A stretch of 64,000 nucleotides of DNA from Candidatus Staskawiczbacteria bacterium (GCA_026395215.1 JAPLZC010000006.1:8081-72080); one strand, 5' to 3'. Positions 38,846 through 48,328 are shown, counted from the first letter of the stretch. Notes: generated by a model from the sequence alone, not told the origin. Numbers and translations are program-made.

Positions 38846-39659
38846 AGTTTGTTCGACGTCCGACATCGAACAAACTTAAAATTTTGGTATAATAAATAAA
38901 TGGCTTATATACGTCCACAATTAATTAATGATGAATATTATCATATTGTAAGCAAAACTGTTGGTGATACGGTTGTATTTGAGAAGGAGGACGATTTTTT
39001 TCGAGGTATTTTTTCTATTTATGAATTTAATAATGCTAACCCCGTAAGCATATCTCGGAGACGGCGTGATCGTAAAACGGAAAAGAAACTAGAAAAACAA
39101 AATGTTCAACGTCCGACGTCGAACAATTTAGTTGATAAAAGAGATAGATTTGTAGATATTCTTGCTTTTTCTTTTATGCCGAATCATTTGCATTTAATTT
39201 TGAAACAGTTAAAGGACAACGGAATAACTGAATTCATGAAGAAGGTTAACGGTGGGTACGCAAAGTATTTTAATGAAAGATATAAAAGGCAAGGGCATTT
39301 ATTTAATAAGTTTCGAGCAGTGCACATTGAGGATGACAATCAACTGGAAACCGCCTTCGTGTATGTGCATACGAATTTGATATCTATGATAAAGCCTGGT
39401 TGGAAAGAAAAAGGAATAAATAATTCTGATAAAGTAATAAAATTTTTAGAGAATAATAAGCGGCATAGCTATATGGACTATCTTGGGAAAAAAGCCTTTC
39501 CGTCCGTAACACAAAGAGAATTTTTTCTGGAAGCTATGGGCGGGGTAGATGGATGTAAAACATTTGTTGATGCACGGATAAATCATAAAAAAGAATTAAA
39601 AGACTGGAGTGATATTGTTCTAGAATAATTAAAATTGTTCAACGTCGGACGTCGAACAA
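38846..39659 (+). mobile_element. RAYT module bounded by REP palindromes
   Basis: TGTTC(G/A)ACGTC(C/G)GAC(A/G)TCGAACAA at 38846-38876, 39103-39126 (in gene) and 39635-39659 (inverted). Confidence 0.85.
38900..39628 (+). CDS. REP-associated tyrosine transposase (Y1 HUH)
   Basis: YYHI, FMPNHLHL (HUH), YAKYFN.RY.R.GHLF, YVHTN; TGGTATAAT -10 just upstream. Confidence 0.9.
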   Translation: MAYIRPQLINDEYYHIVSKTVGDTVVFEKEDDFFRGIFSIYEFNNANPVSISRRRRDRKTEKKLEKQNVQRPTSNNLVDKRDRFVDILAFSFMPNHLHLILKQLKDNGITEFMKKVNGGYAKYFNERYKRQGHLFNKFRAVHIEDDNQLETAFVYVHTNLISMIKPGWKEKGINNSDKVIKFLENNKRHSYMDYLGKKAFPSVTQREFFLEAMGGVDGCKTFVDARINHKKELKDWSDIVLE

Positions 39660-39667
39660 CTATATTT

Positions 39668-40246
39668 ATGGAAAAGAGACATCGAGTATTTGTGGCGATT
39701 AATTTGCCTCATGAGATTAGGAAGGAGCTTTTTGAGTATTCGGAAAAGCATTTGGATTTGCCGGCAAAATGGACTGCAAAAGACAATTTGCATATTACGT
39801 TGGAATTTTTGGGAGCGTTGACTGATGAGGAAGCTGGGGAAGTTTGTTTAGCCGTAAAAGAAGTTGCTGAAAGACATAGCAGTTTTTCTTTGAATTTGAA
39901 TAAAATTTTATATGGGCCTCCTAATCTAAAAGCTGGTCAGGCGCCAAAGTTTGTTTGGGCCGAGGGGGATAAATCAGAAGAGTTGTCAGCACTGCGCGAA
40001 GATTTGGAAAATTCTTTAGCTGAGAAAGTTGCTTTTGTCCCAGAAAACAGAGTTTTTGCTCCGCATATTACGTTGGCCCGCATCAGCTCATGGGAATGGA
40101 AAGCAATTGAACCTGAAGAAAGACCCGAAATAAACGAAAATCTAGATTTACTTTTTACTGTAGAATCCATTGAAGTTATGGAATCGGAAAAAAGAAAAGA
40201 TGGGCAGGTTTACACGGTTTTAGAATCTCATCAATTAAATAATTAA
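39668..40246 (+). CDS. thpR: RNA 2',3'-cyclic phosphodiesterase
   Basis: R.FVAI.LP; two HxT motifs (LHITLEFLG, PHITLAR). Confidence 0.92.
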   Translation: MEKRHRVFVAINLPHEIRKELFEYSEKHLDLPAKWTAKDNLHITLEFLGALTDEEAGEVCLAVKEVAERHSSFSLNLNKILYGPPNLKAGQAPKFVWAEGDKSEELSALREDLENSLAEKVAFVPENRVFAPHITLARISSWEWKAIEPEERPEINENLDLLFTVESIEVMESEKRKDGQVYTVLESHQLNN

Positions 40247-40267
40247 TATAATAATAATTTTAAAAAT

Positions 40268-40486
40268 ATGTTTGAAGAATTAAAAACGCGAGAACCTGGA
40301 GACAATCCAGACAAAAAATTTACAATTAAAATTATTTGTAGCTGGTGTGAAAAAGATATGGGCACAAAAGAGGCAGAGGAACCAGGGGAGACTCATAGTA
40401 TCTGTCCAGATTGCAAGAAGAAATTTGTCGATGAATTTGAAGAAAACAAAAACACCAATAATCCTGAAAAGGAAGAAGCAGCATAA
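40268..40486 (+). CDS. Small zinc-finger protein
   Basis: CSWC...THSICPDC. Confidence 0.7.
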   Translation: MFEELKTREPGDNPDKKFTIKIICSWCEKDMGTKEAEEPGETHSICPDCKKKFVDEFEENKNTNNPEKEEAA

Positions 40487-40493
40487 TTTTAAA

Positions 40494-41786
40494 ATGAAGA
40501 TACATTTGATTGGAATTGGGGGGATAGGGGTGTCGGCGTTGGCACAATACTATTTGGCAAAGGGGCACGAGGTTAGTGGCTCTGATTTGGTTGCTTCGGA
40601 AATTACGGAATTTTTGAAAAAAAGGGGTGTTGAGATTTTTATTGGAAATTCTGCTGAAAATATAAAACAGGATTTAGATTTAGTGGTGTACAGCCCAGCA
40701 GTAAAGTCTGATAATCCAGAGTATAAAAAGGCAAAAGAGCTGGAAATAAAAACCCAGAGTTATCCTGAAGCGCTGGGGGATTTAACTAGGGAATATTTTA
40801 CAATTGCGGTTTCGGGAGCGCATGGAAAAAGCACAACAACTGCAATGATTGCTTTAATTTTATCAGCGGCGGGGTTAGATCCAACGGTTATTGTTGGCAC
40901 AAAATTAAAGGAATTTGGGAATAGTAATTTTAGAATAGGAAAAGGTAGATTTTTAGTTATAGAGGCTTGTGAATATGATTCTTCATTTTTAAATTATTCG
41001 CCAAAAATAATTGTAGTAACAAATGTTGATAAAGAACATTTGGATTATTTTAAAACTTTTGAAAACGTGAAGAAAGCTTTTGAGAATTTTATTGTGCGAC
41101 TACCAGCGGATGGGTTTTTAGTTTTTAACAAAGACGACAAAAATATTTTATTACCTAAGAAATTTGATTTTAAGGTTTCCAGTTTTTTCTTAAAACAGAA
41201 GGAAGCTAAAAAGGTTAAAATAATGTTGCAGGTGCCCGGTCAACATAATATCTCAAACGCGTTGGCAGCTTTGCAGGTAGCAAGAATTATGCGAATTCCC
41301 GATATTATTTCTTTTAAAGCGCTTTCTGAGTTTCAAGGAACATGGAGGAGATTTGAAGTAAGAGAGGCTAATATAAATGGGAAAAAAGTAACAGTTATTT
41401 CTGACTATGCGCATCACCCTAACGAAATTTCGGCAACCTTACAGGCTGCACGAGAAAAATATGGGAAAGAAAGAATTTGGTGTATTTTCCAACCGCATCA
41501 ACATCAAAGAACGTTTTATTTATTTGATGACTTTGTTAAAACTTTTAGAAAAGCCAAAATAGACAAAATAATTATTACAGACATCTACGACGTAGCCGGT
41601 AGAGAAGAGAAAAGTATAAATGAAGAAGTAAGTTCAGAAAAATTAGTAAAAAAAATAAACCGAAAGAATGTTTCATATTTACCAATGAATAGTTTAGAAA
41701 AATATATCACAGAGAATGTCAAAAGCGGGGAAGTGCTAATAATAATGGGCGCCGGAGACATTTATAAACTTGCTGATAAGTTTTAG
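40494..41786 (+). CDS. murC: UDP-N-acetylmuramate--L-alanine ligase
   Basis: IGIGGIGVS, GAHGKSTTT, EACEY, DYAHHP, FQPH, GAGD. Confidence 0.96.
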   Translation: MKIHLIGIGGIGVSALAQYYLAKGHEVSGSDLVASEITEFLKKRGVEIFIGNSAENIKQDLDLVVYSPAVKSDNPEYKKAKELEIKTQSYPEALGDLTREYFTIAVSGAHGKSTTTAMIALILSAAGLDPTVIVGTKLKEFGNSNFRIGKGRFLVIEACEYDSSFLNYSPKIIVVTNVDKEHLDYFKTFENVKKAFENFIVRLPADGFLVFNKDDKNILLPKKFDFKVSSFFLKQKEAKKVKIMLQVPGQHNISNALAALQVARIMRIPDIISFKALSEFQGTWRRFEVREANINGKKVTVISDYAHHPNEISATLQAAREKYGKERIWCIFQPHQHQRTFYLFDDFVKTFRKAKIDKIIITDIYDVAGREEKSINEEVSSEKLVKKINRKNVSYLPMNSLEKYITENVKSGEVLIIMGAGDIYKLADKF

Positions 41787-41844
41787 GGCCGGATATTGAC
41801 ACAGGATCCTGTTGTGATATGATTAACATACATTGAAAATTACA

Positions 41845-42079
41845 AAACCGTTGAGTTAGGTCCTTTGGTTCCCAAGACCAGAGGGTGGGCCTAATTCGCC
41901 CCGTCATCCGACAGGGCAAGGTGATTCTTGCGTAAGTGAGAGTCCGGCTTCCTCCGTAATCATAGGATAACTGCTTCTATAAGAGTCAGTGAGAACAAAC
42001 AAAGGTGGTACCACGAGATAATTCCTCGTCCTTTGCGCTCCGACATTACGTCGGAGTCCAGAGGACGGGGATTTTTTTG
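41845..42079 (+). promoter_or_regulatory. T-box riboswitch-like leader
   Basis: AAAGGTGGTACCACGAG (42001) pairs with CTCGTCCTTT (42025); alternative terminator ends GAGGACGGGGATTTTTTT; promoter TTGACA(41796)-N16-TATGAT. Confidence 0.8.
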
Positions 42080-42107
42080 TACATTCACAACTAATTAGGA
42101 GAGTGCC

Positions 42108-42296
42108 ATGGCTGAGAAAGAAAAACCAAAAGAAATTTGCCAGCAATGCGGAAAAACGTTGCCTATTTTGGATGACAAAGGGCGACCCAATTTTCGTACG
42201 GTTGGAGGCGAAGGTTTTGGTGCCGTAAGGAAACGTATTTGCAGGTACTGCCCAGATGAACCAAGGCGGATGAAGCCTGTTGGATTTGGGCAGTAA
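42108..42296 (+). CDS. 62-aa zinc-ribbon protein
   Basis: AGGAG SD; CQQC...CRYC. Confidence 0.7.
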   Translation: MAEKEKPKEICQQCGKTLPILDDKGRPNFRTVGGEGFGAVRKRICRYCPDEPRRMKPVGFGQ

Positions 42297-42395
42297 AACT
42301 CTCCATACATGCAAAAAAGCGAGTACTCACAGGGTCTCGCTTTCTTTTTTTGGGAAAAGTTGGTATTATTGAATAATGTTTTAAATTATAAAATC

Positions 42396-43604
42396 ATGAT
42401 AAATACAGACCCTAATAAAATAGAGGAAATTTTAACTCGTGGAGTAGAGGAGGTAATAGATAAGCAGAATTTAGAAAAGAAACTGAAATCAGGTAAAGTT
42501 CTACGCGTTAAACTTGGAATTGATCCTACAAGTCCAAATTTGCATTTGGGTAGGGCTATACCGTTGCTAAAGCTTAGAGATTTTCAGTTGGCCGGTCACA
42601 AAATTGTTTTAATAATAGGTGATTTTACCGGAGTTATTGGAGACACTTCCGATAAAGATTCTGAAAGGCCTATGTTAGATGAAAAGACTGTAAAAGCTAA
42701 TATGAAAAGCTATGTTAATCAGGCCGGAAAAGTTTTGGATATTAAAAAGTGTGAGATAAAATATAATTCTAGGTGGTTAAAAAAACTTGGCTTTGGTGAA
42801 ATAGGCAAACAGGCGGATAATTTTTCTCTAAATGAGTTTATTTCCCGAGAAAATATCAGCAAAAGGATGGATTCTGGAACAAGGGTCTCTTTAAGAGAAC
42901 TTTTGTATCCGTTAATGCAGGGGTATGATTCGGTTGCAGTTAAAGCTGATGTTGAAATTGGTGGAACTGATCAAAAATTTAATTTATTGGCGGGCAGGCA
43001 ATTGCAAAGGTATTATAAACAAGAACCTCAAGATATACTTATGAATCCTTTGGTGGAAGGTTTAGATGGTAGAAAAATGAGTTCTTCTTGGGGAAATACA
43101 GTAAATCTTTTAGACAGCCCAACAAATATGTTTGGAAAAATAATGTCCCTAAAAGATGAATATATAATAAAATATTTTGTCTTGGCGACAAGGATTGGAA
43201 TGGAAAAAATAAAAGAATATGAAACTGAACTAAAAGCTGGAAAAAACCCGCGTGATATTAAAGTTCTATTGGCCAAGGAAATTGTAAAAATGTATCACGG
43301 CGAAAAAGAGGCTAACAAGGCAGAAGAGGAATTTAACAAAGTACACCGCGATAAAGAATTGCCGACAGATATTCCGGTTTTTGAAACCGATAAGAAAAAT
43401 TATTTTATTGCGGATTTGTTAGTTGATACAAAATTAGTTTTATCAAAAAATGAAGCCAAAAGATTAGTAGAAGGCGGGGGAGTAGAAACTATTCTTGGCG
43501 AGAAAAAGGAAAGAATTACTGATTGGCGAAAAGAGGTCGTTTTGGAAGATAGCATGATAATAAAAGTTGGTAACAGAAAATTTGTTAAAATTAAACTTAA
43601 ATAA
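42396..43604 (+). CDS. tyrS: Tyrosine--tRNA ligase
   Basis: KLGIDPT..LHLG, YPLMQGYD, GGTDQ.FN, KMSSS, S4-like C-terminus. Confidence 0.96.
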   Translation: MINTDPNKIEEILTRGVEEVIDKQNLEKKLKSGKVLRVKLGIDPTSPNLHLGRAIPLLKLRDFQLAGHKIVLIIGDFTGVIGDTSDKDSERPMLDEKTVKANMKSYVNQAGKVLDIKKCEIKYNSRWLKKLGFGEIGKQADNFSLNEFISRENISKRMDSGTRVSLRELLYPLMQGYDSVAVKADVEIGGTDQKFNLLAGRQLQRYYKQEPQDILMNPLVEGLDGRKMSSSWGNTVNLLDSPTNMFGKIMSLKDEYIIKYFVLATRIGMEKIKEYETELKAGKNPRDIKVLLAKEIVKMYHGEKEANKAEEEFNKVHRDKELPTDIPVFETDKKNYFIADLLVDTKLVLSKNEAKRLVEGGGVETILGEKKERITDWRKEVVLEDSMIIKVGNRKFVKIKLK

Positions 43605-43605
43605 T

Positions 43606-45045
43606 ATGCAAAGATTTTTAATAAAGGATACGGCAAAACATGTAGGGGAGAAGGTTAGGGTTTGCGGGTGGGTGAACACATATAGGGCCCATGGGAAAAT
43701 TTTGTTTATTGATTTACGCGATATTAGCGGAGTTATTCAGGTGGTTTTTGTGCCTTCAAACAAAGAAGCTTATGAATTGGCGCAAACTTTAAGAACAGAG
43801 TGGGTTGTAGAAATAATCGGGACAATTGTAAAAAGGCCCGAGAATATGATTAATGCTAAAATTGAAACCGGAAGTGTTGAACTTTCTGTTGAAAGCTTGA
43901 AGGTTTTGTCACAGTCGGAAACCTTGCCATTGTCCATTGAAGGTGACGGTTATGAAATAAATGAGGAGGTAAGAATGAAATATAGGTACTTGGATTTACG
44001 CAGAGAAAGGCTGAAAAACAATATGTTAATGAGGCATAAAGTGATAAAGTTTTTCCGAGATTTTTTAGATGCAGAAGGATTTGCCGAAATTGAAACTCCA
44101 ATGCTGACAAAATCAACCCCCGAAGGGTCTAGAGATTTTATTGTTCCTTCAAGACTGCAGGCTGGTAAATTTTATGCGCTTCCACAATCTCCTCAGCAAT
44201 ATAAGCAACTCATAATGGCTTCCGGTTTGGAAAAATATTTTCAGGTTGCAAGATGTTTTCGAGATGAAGATTCAAGAGGGGACAGGCAGTTTGAACACAC
44301 CCAGCTTGATATGGAAATGAGTTTTGTGGAAAGAGAAGACATTTTGGAATTGGTTGAAAGAATGTTTATAAAATTGGTTGAAACGTTGTATCCTAATAAA
44401 AAAATTCAGGAAATTCCTTTTCCAAGAATCCCTTATGCCGAAGCTATGGAAAAATATAATTCAGATAAGCCAGATTTGAGAAAAGATAAAAACGACCCAA
44501 ATCTTCTGGCCTTTTGTTGGATTATTGATTTCCCATTTTTTGAGAAGACAGAAGAAGGCGGGTGGACATTTGTGCATAATCCATTTTCCGCGCAAAGGCC
44601 TGAATTTGTTCAGGATGTTTTGGACAAAAAGAATCTGGGTGATATTGTAGCAAACCAATATGACATTGTCCTTAATGGAATGGAGTTGGCCAGCGGCGGG
44701 ATTAGAAGCCACGACCCAAAAATTTTAGAAAAAGTTTTTGAAATAATGGGATATAAAAAAGAGGAGATCTGGGAAAAATTTGGGCATATGCTTACCGCTT
44801 TTACCTATGGTACACCTCCTCATGGCGGGATTGCTCCGGGAATTGATAGAATACTTTCAATTTTACAAAACGAGCCAAATATAAGGGAGGTTATTGCCTT
44901 TCCAAAAACTGGCGACGGTAGAGACTTTATGATGAATGCTCCATCAGAAGTTAGCAAAAAACAGTTGGAAGAACTTCATATAAAGATAGATTCAGCTAAA
45001 ACAAAGTTAGATCATAAGAAGCCCGCTAAAACTAGTAAGAAATAA
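43606..45045 (+). CDS. aspS: Aspartate--tRNA ligase, compact form lacking the GAD insertion
   Basis: YRYLDLR, LPQSPQ.YKQ, CFRDED.R.DRQ, PPHGGIAPGIDR. Confidence 0.95.
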   Translation: MQRFLIKDTAKHVGEKVRVCGWVNTYRAHGKILFIDLRDISGVIQVVFVPSNKEAYELAQTLRTEWVVEIIGTIVKRPENMINAKIETGSVELSVESLKVLSQSETLPLSIEGDGYEINEEVRMKYRYLDLRRERLKNNMLMRHKVIKFFRDFLDAEGFAEIETPMLTKSTPEGSRDFIVPSRLQAGKFYALPQSPQQYKQLIMASGLEKYFQVARCFRDEDSRGDRQFEHTQLDMEMSFVEREDILELVERMFIKLVETLYPNKKIQEIPFPRIPYAEAMEKYNSDKPDLRKDKNDPNLLAFCWIIDFPFFEKTEEGGWTFVHNPFSAQRPEFVQDVLDKKNLGDIVANQYDIVLNGMELASGGIRSHDPKILEKVFEIMGYKKEEIWEKFGHMLTAFTYGTPPHGGIAPGIDRILSILQNEPNIREVIAFPKTGDGRDFMMNAPSEVSKKQLEELHIKIDSAKTKLDHKKPAKTSKK

Positions 45046-45062
45046 AAAATATCTAATATAAA

Positions 45063-46124
45063 ATGACAACAGATGTCCTTGATGTTATTAAGGTTTTTGT
45101 ACTCGCAGCTATAACTTCAGTTGTGGCCATTTTGTGGTGTCCCTTGCTTACCAATTTTTTGTATAAGCATCAGCTCTGGAAAAAAATAGCCAGGCAAAAG
45201 GCAATGTCGGGCGAGGACGCCGTGGTTTTTAATAGTTTGCACAAGGAAAAAGAAGTTGGCACACCTCGCATGGGTGGACTACTTATTTGGGTAACAGTTG
45301 TATTTATTACTTTGGTATTTTTTGTTTTGTCGCTGGTTTTTCCAGATTCATGGGTTGCTCAATTTAATTTCTTATCAAGAAGCCAAACATGGTTGCCAAT
45401 TTTTACATTAATTATTGCGTCGATTGTTGGCTTGGTTGATGATTTTCTTGTTGTTAAAGGATGGGGAAAATATATTGGCGGGGGAATCTCATTCAGAAAA
45501 CGTTTGCTAATAGTAATTTTAATAGGTTTAATAGGTAGCATTTGGTTTTACCAAAAACTTGGCTGGGACACTGTGTTTATCCCATTTATAGGTGATATAT
45601 CCATTGGTCTGTGGTATATACCTCTATTCATAGGTGTAACTGTTGCTTGCTGGTCTGGAGGCATTATAGACGGCCTAGATGGCCTTGCAGGAGGTACATT
45701 TGCTTCAATATTTGGCGGATTCTCAATTATTGCTTTTTCTGCCGGTAAAATTGACCTCGCAGCATTTTGCGCGGTTGTAGCAGGAGCAATATTTGCTTTC
45801 TTGTGGTTTAATATTCCACCGGCAAGATTTTATATGGGAGAGACGGGGATTCTTGGTTTAACAACAGTTTTATCTGTCATAGCCTTTTTAACTGATTCGG
45901 TTTATATCCTGCCAATAATTGCCGGGCTTTTAGTGATAGAGGTTTTGTCGGTAATTATACAGCTTTTGTCTAAAAAATTCCTTAAGAAAAAAGTTTTCCT
46001 TTCTACTCCAATCCACCATCACTTTGAGGCGCTTGGCTGGCCCGCTTACAAAGTCACAATGCGCGCCTGGATTATAGGAATAGTCTTAGCCTTCATCGCA
46101 GTTGCAATAAGGCTTCTTAAATAG
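45063..46124 (+). CDS. mraY: Phospho-MurNAc-pentapeptide transferase
   Basis: TPRMGG, DD, DGLDGLA, PARFYMGETG, PIHHHFE. Confidence 0.95.
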   Translation: MTTDVLDVIKVFVLAAITSVVAILWCPLLTNFLYKHQLWKKIARQKAMSGEDAVVFNSLHKEKEVGTPRMGGLLIWVTVVFITLVFFVLSLVFPDSWVAQFNFLSRSQTWLPIFTLIIASIVGLVDDFLVVKGWGKYIGGGISFRKRLLIVILIGLIGSIWFYQKLGWDTVFIPFIGDISIGLWYIPLFIGVTVACWSGGIIDGLDGLAGGTFASIFGGFSIIAFSAGKIDLAAFCAVVAGAIFAFLWFNIPPARFYMGETGILGLTTVLSVIAFLTDSVYILPIIAGLLVIEVLSVIIQLLSKKFLKKKVFLSTPIHHHFEALGWPAYKVTMRAWIIGIVLAFIAVAIRLLK

Positions 46125-46172
46125 TATAATGGAAAATTAAATAGTTTTGCCCCGTGATAAACACAGGGCTTT

Positions 46173-46243
46173 GGGCCCATAGTAAATCGGTATTATGCCT
46201 CCATGGCATGGAGGAGGGCGGGGTTCGACTCCCCGTGGGTCCA
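46173..46243 (+). tRNA. tRNA-Ala(GGC)
   Basis: G3:U70 acceptor pair; CCTCC-ATGGCAT-GGAGG anticodon arm; GGTTCGACTCC. Confidence 0.92.
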
Positions 46244-46245
46244 CT

Positions 46246-47043
46246 ATGAAAAATATGGAAACAATGCACAATTCAAATAGTGAAAAAATAGTAGCTTTTG
46301 AAAATCAACAGGAGATTATGGGAAAAATCCGTGAAGACGGTTTTGCAGAATATGCTAAAACATTGCCAAATATGGCTGACGCTTTTGATTTGGAAAAAAA
46401 TAAGGCATCATCAGAACTTCATCGCTGTATTTGTTGTATGGATGGAAGAACTCCCTGCGGAATACATTCAGCCGGTAGTGGGATGCTTTTGTCAGATGCG
46501 GAATTTAATAAATTATTTGAAGAGTCGGAAGCTGATTCTATTTCCAGCCATACAGGTTGCGGAGCTGCAAAAATTTATGCGGAGAGAAACGGCCTTAGCG
46601 GAGACCCTGACGAGATAGCCAAACAATGGGCACAGGAAAAAGCCAAGGAATTGGGGGTTCCTTATGTTCATCTTGAAGTTGATAAACCTTTTCATTATGA
46701 GCGAGTTTGCTACTACGATGGCACAGGCAATTTTAATTACAAAGGAGTCAAAGGTTTACCACCTGGATTTGTTGTCGGAAGAAAATTTATGGAAAAAGGT
46801 GCATCTCTTGCCGAAGTTGGCGTTGCAATTAATATAATTTTTGGAGACCATGGTCTTGGAGGACTTCTTAACGAGGAGAATCCGTTTGTTTTAGCGGTTG
46901 TGGCGGATAATCAAAAGGAAATGGAAGAATTAAAAAAAGAACTGGAAGAAGTTGTAAAAACATTAGGAAAAAAAGTGACAATTAATGGATTTATTTCTCC
47001 AAAAGAGGAGGAAGAAACTAAAATCAGCCGTATAGCCGCCTAA
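46246..47043 (+). CDS. Hypothetical protein with beta/zeta carbonic anhydrase-like metal ligands
   Basis: CCMDGR...SHTGCGAA. Confidence 0.6.
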   Translation: MKNMETMHNSNSEKIVAFENQQEIMGKIREDGFAEYAKTLPNMADAFDLEKNKASSELHRCICCMDGRTPCGIHSAGSGMLLSDAEFNKLFEESEADSISSHTGCGAAKIYAERNGLSGDPDEIAKQWAQEKAKELGVPYVHLEVDKPFHYERVCYYDGTGNFNYKGVKGLPPGFVVGRKFMEKGASLAEVGVAINIIFGDHGLGGLLNEENPFVLAVVADNQKEMEELKKELEEVVKTLGKKVTINGFISPKEEEETKISRIAA

Positions 47044-47092
47044 CAATTTTTCTGTTGTTGCTTTGCAAAATATAATTTGTTAAAATGTTTAT

Positions 47093-48274
47093 ATGAACTA
47101 TAAAAAAATAATTTATCCGATTATTTTAATTGTGGCTTTTGCCGCTTTTTTTGGTTTAGGAGCCTGGGTTGGCGTAACTAAAATGGCCTATCATGTTCCT
47201 CAGCCGGGGACAATTGATTTTTCTCTTTTCTGGGATGCTTATAGCAATCTCCAGAATAATTTTATAAATCCGTCAAAAATTACTGACAAAAAAGTGCTTT
47301 ATGGCGCCATAGAAGGAATGGCAAGTTCGTTGGGAGATCCCTACACCAGTTTTTTTGATCCAGAACAAGCAAAAATGTTTCAGCAGGATTTAAACGGATC
47401 ATTTGAAGGAATAGGAGTGGAGATTGGAATTAAAAAAGATTTAATTACTGTTATTGCTCCGCTGAAAGACACGCCGGGAGAGGCAGCTGGACTGAAGTCG
47501 GGAGATATAATTGTCAAAATTGACGGAAAAGACGCGACAAACATGACTACCGAAGAGGCTGTAAATTTAATAAGAGGGCCAAAGGGTACGTCGGTGACGC
47601 TAAATATTTTTAGAAGTAATTGGAACAGTGCAAAAGACATTAAAATTACCAGAGGCATTATTAATGTTCCGTCTATTGAATGGTCCTTAAAGCAAGGTGA
47701 TGTGGCTTATATACAAATTTATCAATTTGGCGGGTCACTGCCGACTGATTTTGAAAAAGTTGCGCTTGAGATTTTACAAAGCCCGGCAAAAAAGATAATA
47801 TTAGATTTGAGAAATAATCCTGGAGGATATCTTGATGCTGCCCAAAATATTGCAGGGTGGTTTATTGAAAAAGATAAAATTGTAACTATAGAAGATTTTG
47901 GAGAAGGTAAAGACCAACAAATTTATAAAACACAAGGAAATGCTAATCTTTCAGGTTATCCAATGGTTGTTTTAATTAACGAAGGCTCGGCTTCGGCATC
48001 GGAGATTTTAGCGGGAGCTTTGCGTGACAACAGAAATATCAAATTAGTTGGAGTAAAATCATTTGGAAAAGGATGCGTGCAGGAAGTTTTAGATTTGCCA
48101 GGAGGGTCATTTCTTAAGATAACCATTGCCAATTGGCTTACTCCAAAAGGAGGTTCTATATCAGACGTAGGATTAACCCCGGATATTAAAGTTGAAATTA
48201 CAGAAAAGGACGCAGAAACCAAAAAAGACCCTCAACTAGACAAAGCCCTTGAAATTGTTGGTGGTTTAAAGTAG
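47093..48274 (+). CDS. ctpA: S41 C-terminal processing protease
   Basis: PDZ domain; DLRNNPGG, SASASEI, SFGKG. Confidence 0.92.
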   Translation: MNYKKIIYPIILIVAFAAFFGLGAWVGVTKMAYHVPQPGTIDFSLFWDAYSNLQNNFINPSKITDKKVLYGAIEGMASSLGDPYTSFFDPEQAKMFQQDLNGSFEGIGVEIGIKKDLITVIAPLKDTPGEAAGLKSGDIIVKIDGKDATNMTTEEAVNLIRGPKGTSVTLNIFRSNWNSAKDIKITRGIINVPSIEWSLKQGDVAYIQIYQFGGSLPTDFEKVALEILQSPAKKIILDLRNNPGGYLDAAQNIAGWFIEKDKIVTIEDFGEGKDQQIYKTQGNANLSGYPMVVLINEGSASASEILAGALRDNRNIKLVGVKSFGKGCVQEVLDLPGGSFLKITIANWLTPKGGSISDVGLTPDIKVEITEKDAETKKDPQLDKALEIVGGLK

Positions 48275-48328
48275 AATACAAATATTGTAATAATCAAAAA
48301 AATATAAATAAAAAGAAAAATAAATAAT

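Noticed and set aside
46195..46245. Extended ORF starts at 46195, 4031, 39635, 40347, 42309, 43567 and 28527
   Set aside because: They run through tRNAs, repeats, terminators or upstream genes; downstream ATGs fit the protein families better.
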